This document shows, in pieces, positions 38,422-50,832 of a stretch of 64,000 nt of DNA. Position numbers and translations under genes: made by a program. The notes beneath the pieces were generated by a model. That model saw nothing but the letters and a program-made list of their open reading frames with translations, had not been told where the DNA came from and did no database searches. The stretch is from Squalus acanthias. Lineage: Eukaryota. Each line of letters begins with the position of its first letter. The first letter of the stretch is position 1. Location of the stretch: the NCBI GenBank assembly GCA_030390025.1, contig JASTWF010000584.1, forward strand, positions 186,001 through 250,000. Reading direction: 5' to 3'.

Positions 38422-38500
38422 CCAGGGTCTGTCCAACTGCTCACCTGGAGAGTAATTGCTGACACGCAGTGCTGGGCACCAATGACCTCTTCCTTCGCTG
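38422..38500 (-). promoter_or_regulatory. Putative non-coding first exon and promoter of the Siglec-like gene
   Basis: Non-repeat sequence with donors gtaagt (38420-21) and gtgagc (38443-44), and an Ets/PU.1-like GAGGAA at 38541. TSS not defined. Confidence 0.4.
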
Positions 38501-38776
38501 CTCTGTCTATTTATTTAGAAAGTGTTTACTGTAGTCAAATGAGGAAACAGGGAATTATTGAGAAAACATCACTTTTTCTTTCGTTCTTGGCAAACCGTTA
38601 ACCCTTTGTGTCCTGACACTGTGACGATATTTCTGCTCGAAGCTGGGCAGCCGTTGACATGGAGTTTCTACCGTGGCTCAGTGGGTTGTGCACTCACACT
38701 TGCCTCTGAGTCAGAAAGTCATGTGTTCAAGTCCCCACTCCAGAGACTTGAGCCCCATAATCCAGGCCGACACTTC

Positions 38777-39195
38777 GGGGGTGATTTTCTCAATGGGAAG
38801 CTTTTGGAGGCGGGACTCCCACTTGTTGGGTTTCAGTCCCGCCTCCATCAGCTTCTGGCCAATTAGCGGGATTTTCCCCTGATTGACCTTGTTAAGCCCG
38901 CCCGGCGGGCTCAGCAGGCCAATTAAGGCGAAGCCGGTGGCAGAGCACGTCAATGTATGACGTGTCATCTCTCAAGAATTTTTGAAAGAAGAAATGTCAT
39001 CGTTTGAAAGCTCTGTGAAGCTGACAGACACTGACATTCTGTGTAGTTTGATGAGGTCTTGCATACAAGACCTCATCAACCTTCTTTCTTTTACAGAAAT
39101 GAGATGTTTGTTGCATATGAGAATGCAAAGGACATCTCTCATCTGCAACACGGAGGTGCGAGACTCTCCGTATAGAAACCGACTGAAGCCTGCAG
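38777..39195. mobile_element. Left end of a Harbinger-type element inserted in a SINE head
   Basis: ggggtgattttc start and the cccctgattg..ttgttaagcccgcc..ggccaattaagg block shared with 28231 and 31021. Cut off by a LINE. Confidence 0.65.
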
Positions 39196-40745
39196 GAGAT
39201 TGTTGGAGATGGTCATTGCCACTTGCCTGGCATGAATGTTGCTTGCCACTTATCAGCCCAAGCCTGAATGTTGTCCTGGTTTTGCCGCATGTGGGAACGT
39301 ACTGCTTCATTATCTGAGGAGTTGCGACTGGCACTGAACACTGTGCAATCATCAGCAAACATCCCCACTTCTGACCTTATGATGGAGGAAACGTCATTAA
39401 TGAAGTAGCTGAAGATGGTTGGGCCTAGGACACTGCCCTGAGAAACTCCTGTAGTGATGTCTTGGGGCTGACATGATTGACCTCTAACAACCACAACCAT
39501 CTTCCTTTGAGTTAGGTATGATTCCAGCTAGTGGAGATTTCTCCCTCTGATTCCCATTAACATCAATTTTACTCGGGCTCCTTGATGCCGCACTCAGTCA
39601 ACTGCTGCCTTATTGTCAAGAGCAGTCACTCTCACCTCACCTCTAGAATTCAGCTTTTTTTTCCATGTTTTGAACAAGGCTGTAATGGGGTCTGGAGCCG
39701 AGTGGTCCTGGCCGGAACCCAAACTGGGCATCATTGAGCAGGTTATTGGTGAGTAAGTGCCGCTTGATAGCACTGTTGAGACCTTCCATCACTTTGCTGA
39801 TGATTGAGAGTAGGCTGATGGGTGGTACTGGGCCAGATTGGATTTGTCCTGCTTTTTGTGGACAGGACATACCTGGGCAATTTTCCACTTTGTCAGGTAA
39901 ATGCCAGTGTTATAGCTGTACTGCTGGAACATGTTGGCTCGAGGCATGGCTAGTTTTAGAGCACAAGTCTGAAGATCGCTGGGATGTTGTCAGGGATGAT
40001 GAAGACTGGCTTCTGTGATGGTGGGGACCCCAGGAGGAGGCCAAGATGGATCACTCACTCGGCACTTCTGGCTGAAGATGGTTGCAAATGCTTCAGCCTT
40101 GTCTTTAGCACTCACGTGCTGGGCTCCACCATCATTGAGGATGGAGATGTTCATGGAGCCTCCTCTTCCCGTTAGTTGTCTCATTGTCCACCACCATTCA
40201 CGACTGGATGTGGCAGGACTGCAGAGCTTTGACCTGATCCGTTGCTTGTGGGATCACTTAACTTTGTCTATAGCCTGTTGCTTCCACTGTTTAGCATGCA
40301 TGCAGTCCTGTGTTGTAGCTTCACCAGGTTGGCATCTCATTTTTAGGTACGCCTGGTGCTGCTCCTGGAATGTTCTTCTACATTTCTCATTGAACCAGGG
40401 TTGGTGCCCTGACTTGATGGTAAATTATGTTACAGATTGTGGTGGAATACAATTCTGCTGCTGCTGATGGCCCACAGCACCTCATGGATGCCCAGTTTTG
40501 AGCTGCTAAATCTGTTCTGAATCTATCCCATTTAGCACGGTGGTAGTGCCACACAACACGATGGAGGGTATCCTCAGTTTGAAAATGGGAATTTGTCTCC
40601 ACAGGGTCTGTGCGCTGGTCACTGCTACCAATATTCTCATGGACAGGTGCATCTGCAACAGGTAGATTGGTGAGAACGAGGTCAAGTAGGCTTTTCCCTC
40701 GTGTTGCTTCTCTCACCATCTGCCGCAGGCCCAGTCTGGCAGCCA
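39196..40745 (-). mobile_element. L2/CR1-group LINE fragment (same family as 19036-24977)
   Basis: WHYHRAKWDRF, PTITEASL and QGSVLGP...FADD peptides. Confidence 0.8.
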
Positions 40746-42355
40746 TGCGGTCTGCACAGAGTGGTTTTAAACGGAGTGCCCCTAAACAGAGTGTAAAAGT
40801 TGGCAATTTGGAGAGAGTGGGAATTTGGTGCAGCGGGGGAAGGAAGTGTTGCTTCTTGCCTCCAATACTTATCGTGGTTCGTGTTACAGGGAAATATTTA
40901 ATTTAATCTATCTATAACTTAAACTAGATCAAGTAAGTAGTAAAAAAACTAAACTATAAGCTAAGTTAATTAAATACATCAACTTTAATTAAATAAATAA
41001 ATAAAACATGGTTGTATGGGGATGGCAGTGCAGGTGGTGTGCCGCAACTGCAGCATGAGGGAGTTTGTGGCGAGCATTGCGATCCTGGACAATCACTTCT
41101 GCAGGAAGTGTCTGCACCTCAACGAACCTCAGCTCAGAGTTGTTGAGCTCTAGTCCAAGGTGCAGACATTGCGGGGAATCAGGGAGGGGGAGAGTTACCT
41201 GAACAGTTTTATGCAGGAGGCAGTCGCTCCAGTTAGGTTAGGTAGTGGTACAGGTCTGGTTAGTAGTCAGGGAAGGGAGAGTGCGACTGCGACTCAGGCA
41301 GGTAAGGGGTCTCCAGCTACAGCGCTGGAGGAGCCTCGGCCTTAGCCCTGATCCGACAGGTATGAGGTTCTGAAATAAAAACAGAAAATGCTGGAAATAC
41401 TCAGCAGGTCAGGCAGTATCTGTGGAGAGAGAAACAGTTAACGTTTCAGGTCGATGACCTTTCGTCAGGTACGAGGTTCTTGCTGCCTGTGTGGATGAGG
41501 GCAACGTCTGCAGGGTGGATGAGCAAACTGCCCGTGGCCCCATGGTACAGGAGGCCATTCAAGTGGGAGGAGAGAAAAGGAATGTTTTAGTGGCAGGGGA
41601 CAGTATAGTCAGGCTGTTCTGAAGGCTGTATTGTCTGTCAGGCTTAAGGATCTCTCCTCGTGGCTGGAGAAAAACGTGGAATGGGAGGGGGAGAATCCAG
41701 TTGTCATGGTCCCACATAGGAACCAACATCATAAGTAGAACTAGGAATGAGTTTCTGCTGAGAGAGTTTACAGAGCTAGTGTCGAAATTAAACCACAAAA
41801 CCTCACAGGTAATAATCACTGGATTGTTACCAGAGTCATGCACAAATTGGCACAGGGACAAGTAGATTAGAAGGTTAAACACGTGGCTGAAAGAGCGGTG
41901 TGGGATGGAGGGGTTTCAATTCATGGGGCAATGGCACCAGTCCTGGGGAAAGAGGGAGCTGTTCTGCTGGGATGGGCTCCATTTAAACCGGGCTGGGATC
42001 AGTATCCTGGCGAATGCAATAACTAGGGTGGTAGATAGGGTTTTAAACTAATGAAGCGGGGATGGGAGGATTCAGGAAAGAGTAAATTCAAAAGCAGTAA
42101 GAGAAATGTCAAGTCTGAAGAGCAGAGTAGTGATTTGGGTAAAAATAAGCAGAGTGGGTCAGGAAGGGACAGAGAGCTTAATAAAGGTAATAGAGCATCA
42201 GTGATTAAGGTGATATCAGGGAAAAATAGAAAAAGTTAAAGCTAAAGGGACTATATCTGAATGCGCAAAGCATTCGCAACAAAATAGATGAATTAATAGT
42301 ACAGGTAGAAATAAATGGGTTTGATCTAATAGCCATTATGGAGACTTGGTTGCAG
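40746..42355 (+). mobile_element. CR1 5' portion (5'UTR, decayed ORF1, start of APE)
   Basis: ORF1 Cys motif and esterase remnants, then YLNAQSI...ETWLQ. Confidence 0.8.
41372..41465 (-). mobile_element. Short Penelope pseudo-LTR fragment with hammerhead core
   Basis: 15-bp TSD caggtaygaggttct. Reverse complement has ctgacgaaaggtcatcgacctgaaacgtt. Confidence 0.8.
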
Positions 42356-44706
42356 AGCTTGAACACAGAGCTTGGAGACAGAGCTGGGAGAATGCAATCG
42401 GAGTGGATCGCAAGCAGACTGGAAGAATTTGGTGAGAGCAAGAATCGGTGGAGAGGAGAAATTTACTGGCAGGTATCAGGTAAGTTAGGTAAATAATCAT
42501 CAGATTGGAATTTGGCTTTCTCTTGAAACATACAAGAAACTGCATGGTCAGTGGCAGTTCGCAGTTAACAGCTATCAGCTGCAGAGTGAAAGAATTTGGT
42601 GAGAGCAGGAATTCGGTGGAGAGGAGGAAGGCGGTTGAGACGTCTAACTGAAAAGGAGGAATGGAGCCACAGAACCCAAGGACTCTAAGTTAATAGGCAC
42701 CAGAGTGCACCTGCGGGAAAGCGAGAGGAGCGGCCGCAGATAAAGGTAGGCCCAAGAGCCCAGAGCGCGAGCGTCAGGGAGCGAGATCAAATACATAAAG
42801 TGACATCAGCACAAGGGAAGGAGCTGATTTGTGAGTCGCTTGTGATTTTTTTTAAAGTCTTGAGTTTATTTCTGTTAAGTTAATTAATAGTCTATTAAGT
42901 AGAGACATGGCAGGGCACCTCAGTCCCGTGGAATGCACATCTTGTGCCATGTGGGAACTCCAGGACGCTTCCCGTGTCCTGGACATCCACATGTGCAGGA
43001 AGTGTCGTCAGCTGGAGGAATTCAAGCTCCAGGTTTCGGAACTTGAGCAGCAGCTGGCGTCACTGTGGTGCATCCGTGAGGCTGAGAGATACGTGGATAG
43101 CACGTTTCAGGAGGTGGTCACCCCGCAGCGTAAGAGTGTGCAGGCAGAGAGGGAATGGGTGACCGTCAGACAGACAAGGTGGACCAGGCAGGCAGTGCAG
43201 GAGTCTCCTGAGTGCATCTCACTCTCCAACCCGTATTCTGGTGAGGGCGATGGTTCCTCTAGGGAGTACAGCCAGAGCCAAGTCCACGGCACCACGGGTG
43301 GCTCAGCTGTACGGGTGGGTGGTGGTAGTGAGGAGGAAGATCGGGAAAATGACAGCAGCTTCAATAGTTAGTGGAACAGACAGGTGTTTCTGTGGCCGTA
43401 AACATGATTCCAGGATGGTATGTTGCCTCCCTCGTGCCTGGGTCAAGGATGTAACTGAGTAGCTGCAGAACATTCTGAGGGTGGAGGGTGTACAGCCAGA
43501 GGTGGTGGTGCCAGGATCACTGACATAGGTAGAAAGAGCGATGAGGTCCTGCAAGCAGATTTTAGGGAGCTAGGAAAGAGATTATAAAGCAGCACCTCAA
43601 AGGATGTAATCTCTGGATTACTCCCTGTGCCACGAGCTAGTGAGTATAGAAATAGGAGGATAGAGCAGATGAATGCGTGGCTGGAGAGATGATGCAGGAG
43701 GGAGGGCTTTAGATTCCTGGAACATTGGGACCGGTTCTGGGGGAGGTGGGACCTTTACAGGCAGGACGGGTTGCACCTCAACAGAGCTGGGAGCAATGTC
43801 CTCGTGGGGTGAATGGGGGGTCGGGGGGGGTTTGTTAGTGCTGTTGGGGAAGGTTTAAACTCATTTCGCAGGTGGGTGGGCACCAGGATGGAGCATTAGA
43901 AAGGAGAAACAAGGTGCACAAAGGATTGGGAGCGACAGATAGCACTAGACTAAGAAATAGTACGGTTTTAGGTGGGGTCAGACTAAGAGAGGATACAAGA
44001 AGGTCTAAGACAGGTTTACAGTGCATGTGTGTGAATGTACGAAGCGTGGTAAATAAGTTTGGTGAGCTGCAGGCGCAGATATCCACATGGGAATATGATG
44101 TTGTGGCGATAACAGAGACCTGGCTCAAAAAAGGACAGGATTGTGTTTTAAATATTCCTGAATATAAGGTGTTCAGGAAAGATAGGGAAGGAAAGAAAGG
44201 AGGTGGGGTGGCAGGATTGATTAAGGAGAATATTACAGTGTTGGAGAGAGAGAGAGGACGTCCTAGAGGGGTCAAGGACAGAATCTATTTGGTTAGAGTT
44301 AAGAAACAACGTAAGCGCCATTACACTACCAGATGTATTCTATAGGCCACCAAGTATTGGGAAGGATATAGAGGAGAAAAGTTGCAGTGAAATTACAGAG
44401 AGGTGTAAGAACTATAGAGTAGTGATAATGGGGGACTTCAGCTATCCTAATAGAGATTGGGATAGTAATAATGTAAAGAGCAGAGAAGGGGATGAATTTC
44501 TGAAGTGTGTTCAGGAGAACTTTCTTGATCAGTACATTTCCGGCCCAAAGAGGAATGAGGCATTGCTGGATCTCGTCCTGGGGAATGAGATGAGTCAAGA
44601 GGAGCAAGTGTCAGTAAGGGAACGTTTAGGGAACGGTGATCATAGTGTCATTAGGTTTCGATTAGCTATGAACAAGGACAGGGTGCAATCTAGAGTAAAA
44701 ATACTT
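42356..44706 (+). mobile_element. CR1 5' portion (5'UTR, ORF1 MAGHLSPVEC..., APE)
   Basis: ORF1 and APE fragments, interrupted at 44706 by another CR1. Confidence 0.85.
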
Positions 44707-47700
44707 CTGGGTAGAGAGAGGGCTGAGGTCCTGCAACAAGAATTTAGGGAGCTAGGTAGCAGATTAAAAAGCAGGACCTCAAAAGTTGTAATCTCTGGGT
44801 TACTCCTGGTTCCCCGTGCTAGTGAGTATAGGAATTGAAGGATAGAGCAGATGAATGCGTGGCGAAAGAGTTGGTGCAGGAGGGGGAGCTTTAGTTTCCT
44901 GGATCACTGGGTCTGCTTCTGGGGAAGGTGGGACTTGTACAAGTCGGACGGGTTGCACCTGAACCGGAACGGGACCAACATCCTTGCGGGGAGGTTTGCT
45001 AGTACTGTTGGGGGGGGGGTTTAAACTAACTTGGCAGGAGGATGGGATACGGAGTGGAGCTATAGTAGGGGGTGATGCACAGCCAAATATAGAGGAAAAA
45101 ACAAGTCAGCCTGGAAGGGAGAGCAAATATGTTATGGCACAAGGGAGTATGGCAAGGCTGGAGTGCATTTATTTTAATGCAAGGAGTCTTGCGAGTAAGG
45201 CAGATGAATTGAAGGTGTTGATGAACACATGGGAGTATGATATTGTTGCTATCACAGAGACATGGTTGAGGGATTGGCAGGACTGGCAGCTCAATATTCC
45301 GGGGTATAGAATCTTCAGGCAAGACAGAGGGGGTTGTAAAAGAGGAGGGGGTATCACAATATTAATTAAGGAGTCAATTACTGCTGCAATGGGGGAATGA
45401 TATCTTAGCAGGTTCCTCTAATGAGGCCATATGGGTAGAACTTAAAAACAAAAAGGGGGCAAGCACTTTGCTGGGAGTGTACTATAGGGCCCAAACAGTC
45501 AGGGTGAGATAGAGGAACAGATATGTAGGCAAATCTCAGAGAAGTGTAGAAATAATAGGGTAATAATAGTAGGGGATTTCAACTTCCCCAATATTAACTG
45601 GGATAGTCAGAGTGTGAAAGGCTTAGAGAGTGCAGAATTCTTAAAGTGCATCCAGGAGAGCTTTTTGAGCCAGCATGTAAAAAGTCCTACAAGAGAGGGG
45701 GCGGTACTGGACCTAATTCTAGGGAGTGTAGCCGGGCAAGTGGTAGAAGTGTCAGTAGGAGAGCATTTTGGTGACAGTGACCATAATTCAGTGAGATTTA
45801 AGGTAGTCATTGAAAAGGACAAAGATAGACCGGAAATACATTTTCTAAATTGGGGGAAGGCCGATTTTAATATGATAAGGCAGGATCTGGCCAAAGTGGA
45901 CTGGGATCAGCTACTTGCGGGAAAAACCACATCAGAGCAGTGGGAGTCTTTCAGAAAGGAAATAGAGAGAGTACAACACCAACATGTTCCCATAAAGGTC
46001 AAGGGTGGGACCAACAAGCCCAGGGAACTCTGGATGTCAAGGGATATACAAGAATGGATTAGGAAAAAAAGGGAGGCTTTTGGCAGATACAAAGAACTAA
46101 AAACAGTAGAAGCCCTAGAGGAGTATAGAAAGTGCAGGGGGTTACTTAAAAAAGAAATTAGGAGAGCGAAGAGGGGGCATGAAAAAACACTGGCGGGAAA
46201 AATAAAGGAAAATCTCAAGGTGTTTTATAAGTATATTAAGGGCAAAAGGATAACCAGGGAAGGAGTAGGGCCCATTATGGACCAAAGTGGCTATCTGTGC
46301 TTAGAGCCAGAAGATGTAGGTGAGGTTTTAAATGAATATTTTGCATCTATGTTCACTATGGAGAAGGATGATGTAGGCATAGAAATCAGGCAGGGGGATT
46401 GTGATATACTTGAACAAATTAGTATTGAGAGGGAGGAGATACTAGAGGTTTTAACGGGCTTAAAACTGGATAAATCCCCAGGCCCAGACGAGATGTATCC
46501 CAGGCTGCTGTGTGAGGCAAGGGAGGAGATTGCAGGGGCTCTGACACAAATTTTCAGAACCTCTCTGGCCACAGGGGAGGTGCCAGAGAACTGGAGGACA
46601 GCTAACGTAGTACCATTATTCAAGAAGGGTAGTAGGGATAAACCAGGGAATTACAGGCCAGTGAGCCTAACATCAGTGGTAGGGAAATTATTGAGAAAAA
46701 TTCTGTGGTACAGAATTAGTCTCCACTTGGAGAGGCAAGGATAATCAAGGATAGTCAGCATGGCTTTGTTAGGGGGAGATCATGTCTAACCAATTTGATT
46801 GAATTTTTCGAGGGGGTGACTAGGTGTGTGGATGAGGGTAGTGTAGTTGATGTAGTCTACATGGACTTCAGTAAGGCTTTTGACAAAGTCCCGCATGGGC
46901 GACTGGTCAAGAAGGTAAGAGCCCATGGGATCCAGGGCAATTTGGCACATGGATCCAAAATTGGCTTAGTGGTAGGAGGCAGATGATGATGGTTGAAGTT
47001 TGTTTTTGTGACTGGAAGCCTGTGACCAGTGGTGTACCACAGGGATCGGGGGTGGGTCCTTTGCTGTTTGTAGTGTGCATTAATGATTTAGATATGAATG
47101 TAGGAGGTATGATCAGTCAGTTTGCAGATGACACGAAAATTGGTGGAGTGGTAAATAGCGAGGAGGGAAGCCTCAGGCTGCAGGACGATATGGACAGGTT
47201 GGTTAGATGGGCAGAACAGTGGCAAATGGAATTTAACCCTGAAAAGTGTGAGGTGATGCATTATGGGAGGACTAACAAGGCAAGGGAATACTCAATGAAT
47301 GGTAGGACACTAGGAAGGACAGAGGATCAGAGGGACCTTGGTGTGCATGTACATAGATCCCTGAAGGCAGCAGGACAGGTAGATAAGCTGGTTAAAAAGG
47401 CATATGGGATACTTGCCTTCATTAGCCGATGCATAGAATATAAGAGCAGGGAGGTTATGATGGAGCTGTACAAAACGCTGGTTAGGCCACAGCTGGAATA
47501 CTGTGTGCAGTTCTGGTCGCCACACTATAGGAAGGATGTGATTGCATTGGAGAAGGTGCAGAGGAGATTCACCAGGATGTTACCTGGGCTGGAGCGCTTC
47601 AGCTATGAAGAGAGACTGGACAGACTGGGGTTGTTTTCCTTGGAGCAGAGAAGGCTGAGGGGGGACCTGATTGAGGTGCACAAAATTATGAGGGGCATAG

Positions 47701-48391
47701 ATAGGGTAGATAGAAACAAACTTTTCCCCTTAGTAGAGGGATCAATAACCAGGGGGCATAGCTTCAAGGTAAGGGACAGGAGGTTTAGAGGGGATTTGAG
47801 GAAAAACTTTTTCACCCAGAGGGTGGTTGGAATCTGGAACTCACTGCCTGAAAGGATGGTAGAGGCAGGAACCCTCACAACGTTCAAGAAGCATTTAGAT
47901 GAGCACTTGAAACGCCATAGCATACAAGGCTACGGACCAAGTGCTGGAAAATGGGATTAGAATAGACAGGGCTTGATGGCCGGTGCGGACACGATGGGCC
48001 GAAGGGCCTCTTTCTGTGCTGTATAACTCTATGGGGTAAAAATTAGGTCGCGCCCCATTTGGGGCGCAAATATCGTCTGGACGCAAATATTAGCGCCTGG
48101 CGCTAATTATCGGCACTGACTGGAAACTTCACTTTTACCGCCCTGGGAGGTGAGTGGAGCGCTAAATCAGGCGCTGCACACCTGTCTTAAGGCGCAAAGG
48201 CCAAGGAGTGAGTCGCTAACTCAGCGCGCGAGCGCAGCGCAGCTGCTGCCAGTTAGCGAGGGAACACAGACACACTGGCGCCGGCCACTTCTTAAAGCGG
48301 GGGGGGCCAACTTGCTCCCCAGCCACACCCTGCTCATTGCAGCCTTGAATCTCGGCCTGGAGAGACCTGTGAATCCATTTTGCTGCCAAGG

Positions 48392-50538
48392 ATGGAGAGG
48401 GTGAGAGAACACGCTCATCGCTTCACCGAGCGGGCCTTGGATGCTCTGGTTGGCGCGGTGGAGCGCAGAAGATGTATGCTCTTCCCTGAGAGTGCCAGGA
48501 GGCCTTTGCCACGCGAGTTCAGAAGAATGTGGAGGGAGGTGGCTCAGAGCGTCTCCTCCAGGAGCATGGTGCCCAGGACCCATACTCAATGCCGCAAAAA
48601 GTTCAACGACCTCACTCGGGTCGTCAGGGTGAGTGGCTTTTTCTCAATACCTCTCCATCCCTCCATCTCAACCTCACTCTATGGCCAGAGGGTCTTAAAA
48701 CCCCAATGCACAACACTCATCCAACACCTATGGCCCTTTCATGAAACACACACACACATTCCACACTTTGCATACAGTAAGGGCTATTCACCTATGGGAG
48801 GCACATCAGGCAAGACCATGGCTGCATACAGTAAGGGCTATTCACCTATGGGAGGCACATCAGGCAAGACCATGGCTGTATACAGTAAGGGCTATTCACC
48901 TATGGGAGGCACATCAGGCAAGACCATGGCTGCATACAGTAAGGGCTATTCACCTATGGGAGGCACATCAGGCAAGACCATGGCTGCATACAGTAAGGGC
49001 TATTCACCTATGGGAGGCACATCAGGCAAGACCATGGCTGTATACAGTAAGGGCTATTCACCTATGGGAGGCACATCAGGCAAGACCATGGCTGCATACA
49101 GTAAGGGCTATTCACCTATGGGAGGCACATCAGGCAAGACCATGGCTGCATACAGTAAGGGCTATTCACCTATGGGAGGCACATCAGGCAAGACCATGGC
49201 TGTATATTTACTCAGATGCTGTCCTTTTTCTTACAGGCCAAGCTGGCGCATAATCGGAGACAGCAGCAACGGACAGGTGGAGGGCGGCCTCAGCTGCAAC
49301 CCCTCAGCGATCTTGAGGAGCGCGTCCACAGGATTGTGGCAAGCCGGGTGATCGGTCCCGTCGCCACTGGAGACGCCGACCCTGTTCTGCACAGCAATGG
49401 TAAGGTCATCACCTTTTTGTCCTCTCTCCTTCCACTTGTCCCTCACAACACCAGCCTTTGACACTTTCAATCCAACTTGCTAACTCGCTGCACTTATTCC
49501 TCCCTTACTGCCACCCTGTCCTCACGCTAAAGCCACTCTTGTACCTCCCTGCTTTCAGATGGTGATTCACCAGCTGAGGAGACGGGCCCTGAAGCTGCCA
49601 CTGGGAGTGATGCTGCAGCTGAGGAGGAAGAGGAAGCCGGAGCATCAGTGCCACCCTCTCCCGAGGAAGCCCATGCCCACACTGGGAACACGCCTTCCCT
49701 GGAGGGGAGCAGGGGGGAAGGGTCTGATGAGGGTGAAGCTCCAGGACCCAGCGGGCTGCAGCAACGCCATAGGGGGGGTAGGGAAGAACGGGGGCCTTCT
49801 CCCCAGAGGGAGAGTATGCCAGACACTCCTACTGCAATGGACGCAGAGGAGGAGCGGCTGATCGCAGAAATGAACACCCAGGCGGTGGGCATGCACACTG
49901 AGCTCATGGGTGCAGTGGGAAGGGTGCCCGAATGCATTGAGTCACTGGCAAGGAGTGTGGAGCACTTCGCTGTAGCACAGGCGGATGCCACACTAACGCT
50001 TAGTGCTGCAATTCAGTCACTGGCTGCCGTGATCCCATCTCTGACTGCTCTCATACAGACTCAGATTGAGGCCACGCGAGCACAGACTGCTGCCAACCTC
50101 GATGGTTCGTGCACATGTCCCCGGGGCTGTCACCGCGCCGCAGCAGGCCGGCAATCTGTTCTCCAGCAGATTGCTCCGGATGCTGAAGTGCTGCCCCGTG
50201 GGAGTGCCAGTGTGTCGGGCGAGCAGGGAGTTGCTGTCCTCTCTCACGATGACAGCATTCCTGCTGCCAACACTGTCACTTCTCCACTGCACTTGCCACC
50301 GCCTGTAGGACAGACTGCTGCCGCCCATGCAGAGTTGGTGCAGTCTGCAGCCGGGCCCTCCAGGCCCAGAAGTGGTCGAGGCCGTCCTTCAGGGGCATCT
50401 GCAGTGTCAGGGTCTGACGAGCAGCAGCCTTCCACCAGCCTTGCTGCAGCCACTGAGGTCCCATTACGGAGGAGCAGTAGGGTTAGAAGGGGGGAAGTGC
50501 GCAAGGGAAGGAGATCACCCTCGAAGGGCAAAAAGTAG
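48392..50538 (+). CDS. Harbinger Myb/SANT-like DNA-binding protein, 3 exons (48392-48628, 49237-49399, 49559-50538), about 459 aa
   Basis: RFTERALDALV...W.EVA..VS...RT..QCRKKFNDL then AKLAHNRR...TGGG motif. GT-AG introns in phases 0 and 1 give a continuous ORF. Confidence 0.85.
48770..49201. repeat. Eight 54-bp tandem units in intron 1 of the Myb-like gene
   Basis: g(c/t)atacagtaagggctattcacctatgggaggcacatcaggcaagaccatggct. Confidence 0.95.
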
Positions 50539-50832
50539 GAGGTGTGACAAAATGCTGGTCATTTTTTTATTAAAGGTCGAGGTTCATGGTCCAACTTTTG
50601 TTTAGTGTTTTGGACATTATCTCCAGGTTGTGAGAACCAGTTATGTTATTGACTGTTTTTTTGTGTTTATTTCTATGAGTTTGTCATGAGGAATTGACAC
50701 ACACAGAGTTTGTAAAATAAATAAGTTTCTGTATTCAAAATATACATGGTTGGTGGTTGGAATTATTGGTGCCTTGGCCGGCTTAGGGGTTGCATGCTGG
50801 GTTCATTAATGTTGTTAGCAATGGCAGGGGCC

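Larger units (their letters stand above)
399..38500 (-). pseudogene. Siglec-family (CD22/MAG-like) inhibitory receptor pseudogene: SP-V-C2-C2-C2-TM-cytoplasmic ITIM/ITSM
   Basis: Nine exons (terminal exon in two pieces) with phase-compatible AG/GT sites. V-set has the CxxxPC, DCSL and YYFR motifs, tail has LLYANI and TEYAEI. Disabled by a frameshift, a stop and a lost donor in C2 exon 2, and by a CR1 insertion in the last exon. 5' end approximate. Confidence 0.85.

Noticed and set aside
48770-49201. CRISPR-like array
   Set aside because: Units are contiguous with no unique spacers, lie in a spliceosomal intron, and no cas genes are present. The same applies to the 28-, 33- and 46-bp arrays.
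48380-49351. 323-aa ORF as the main Myb-like product
   Set aside because: It reads through a canonical GT-AG intron. Splicing restores the conserved AKLAHNRR...TGGG continuation.
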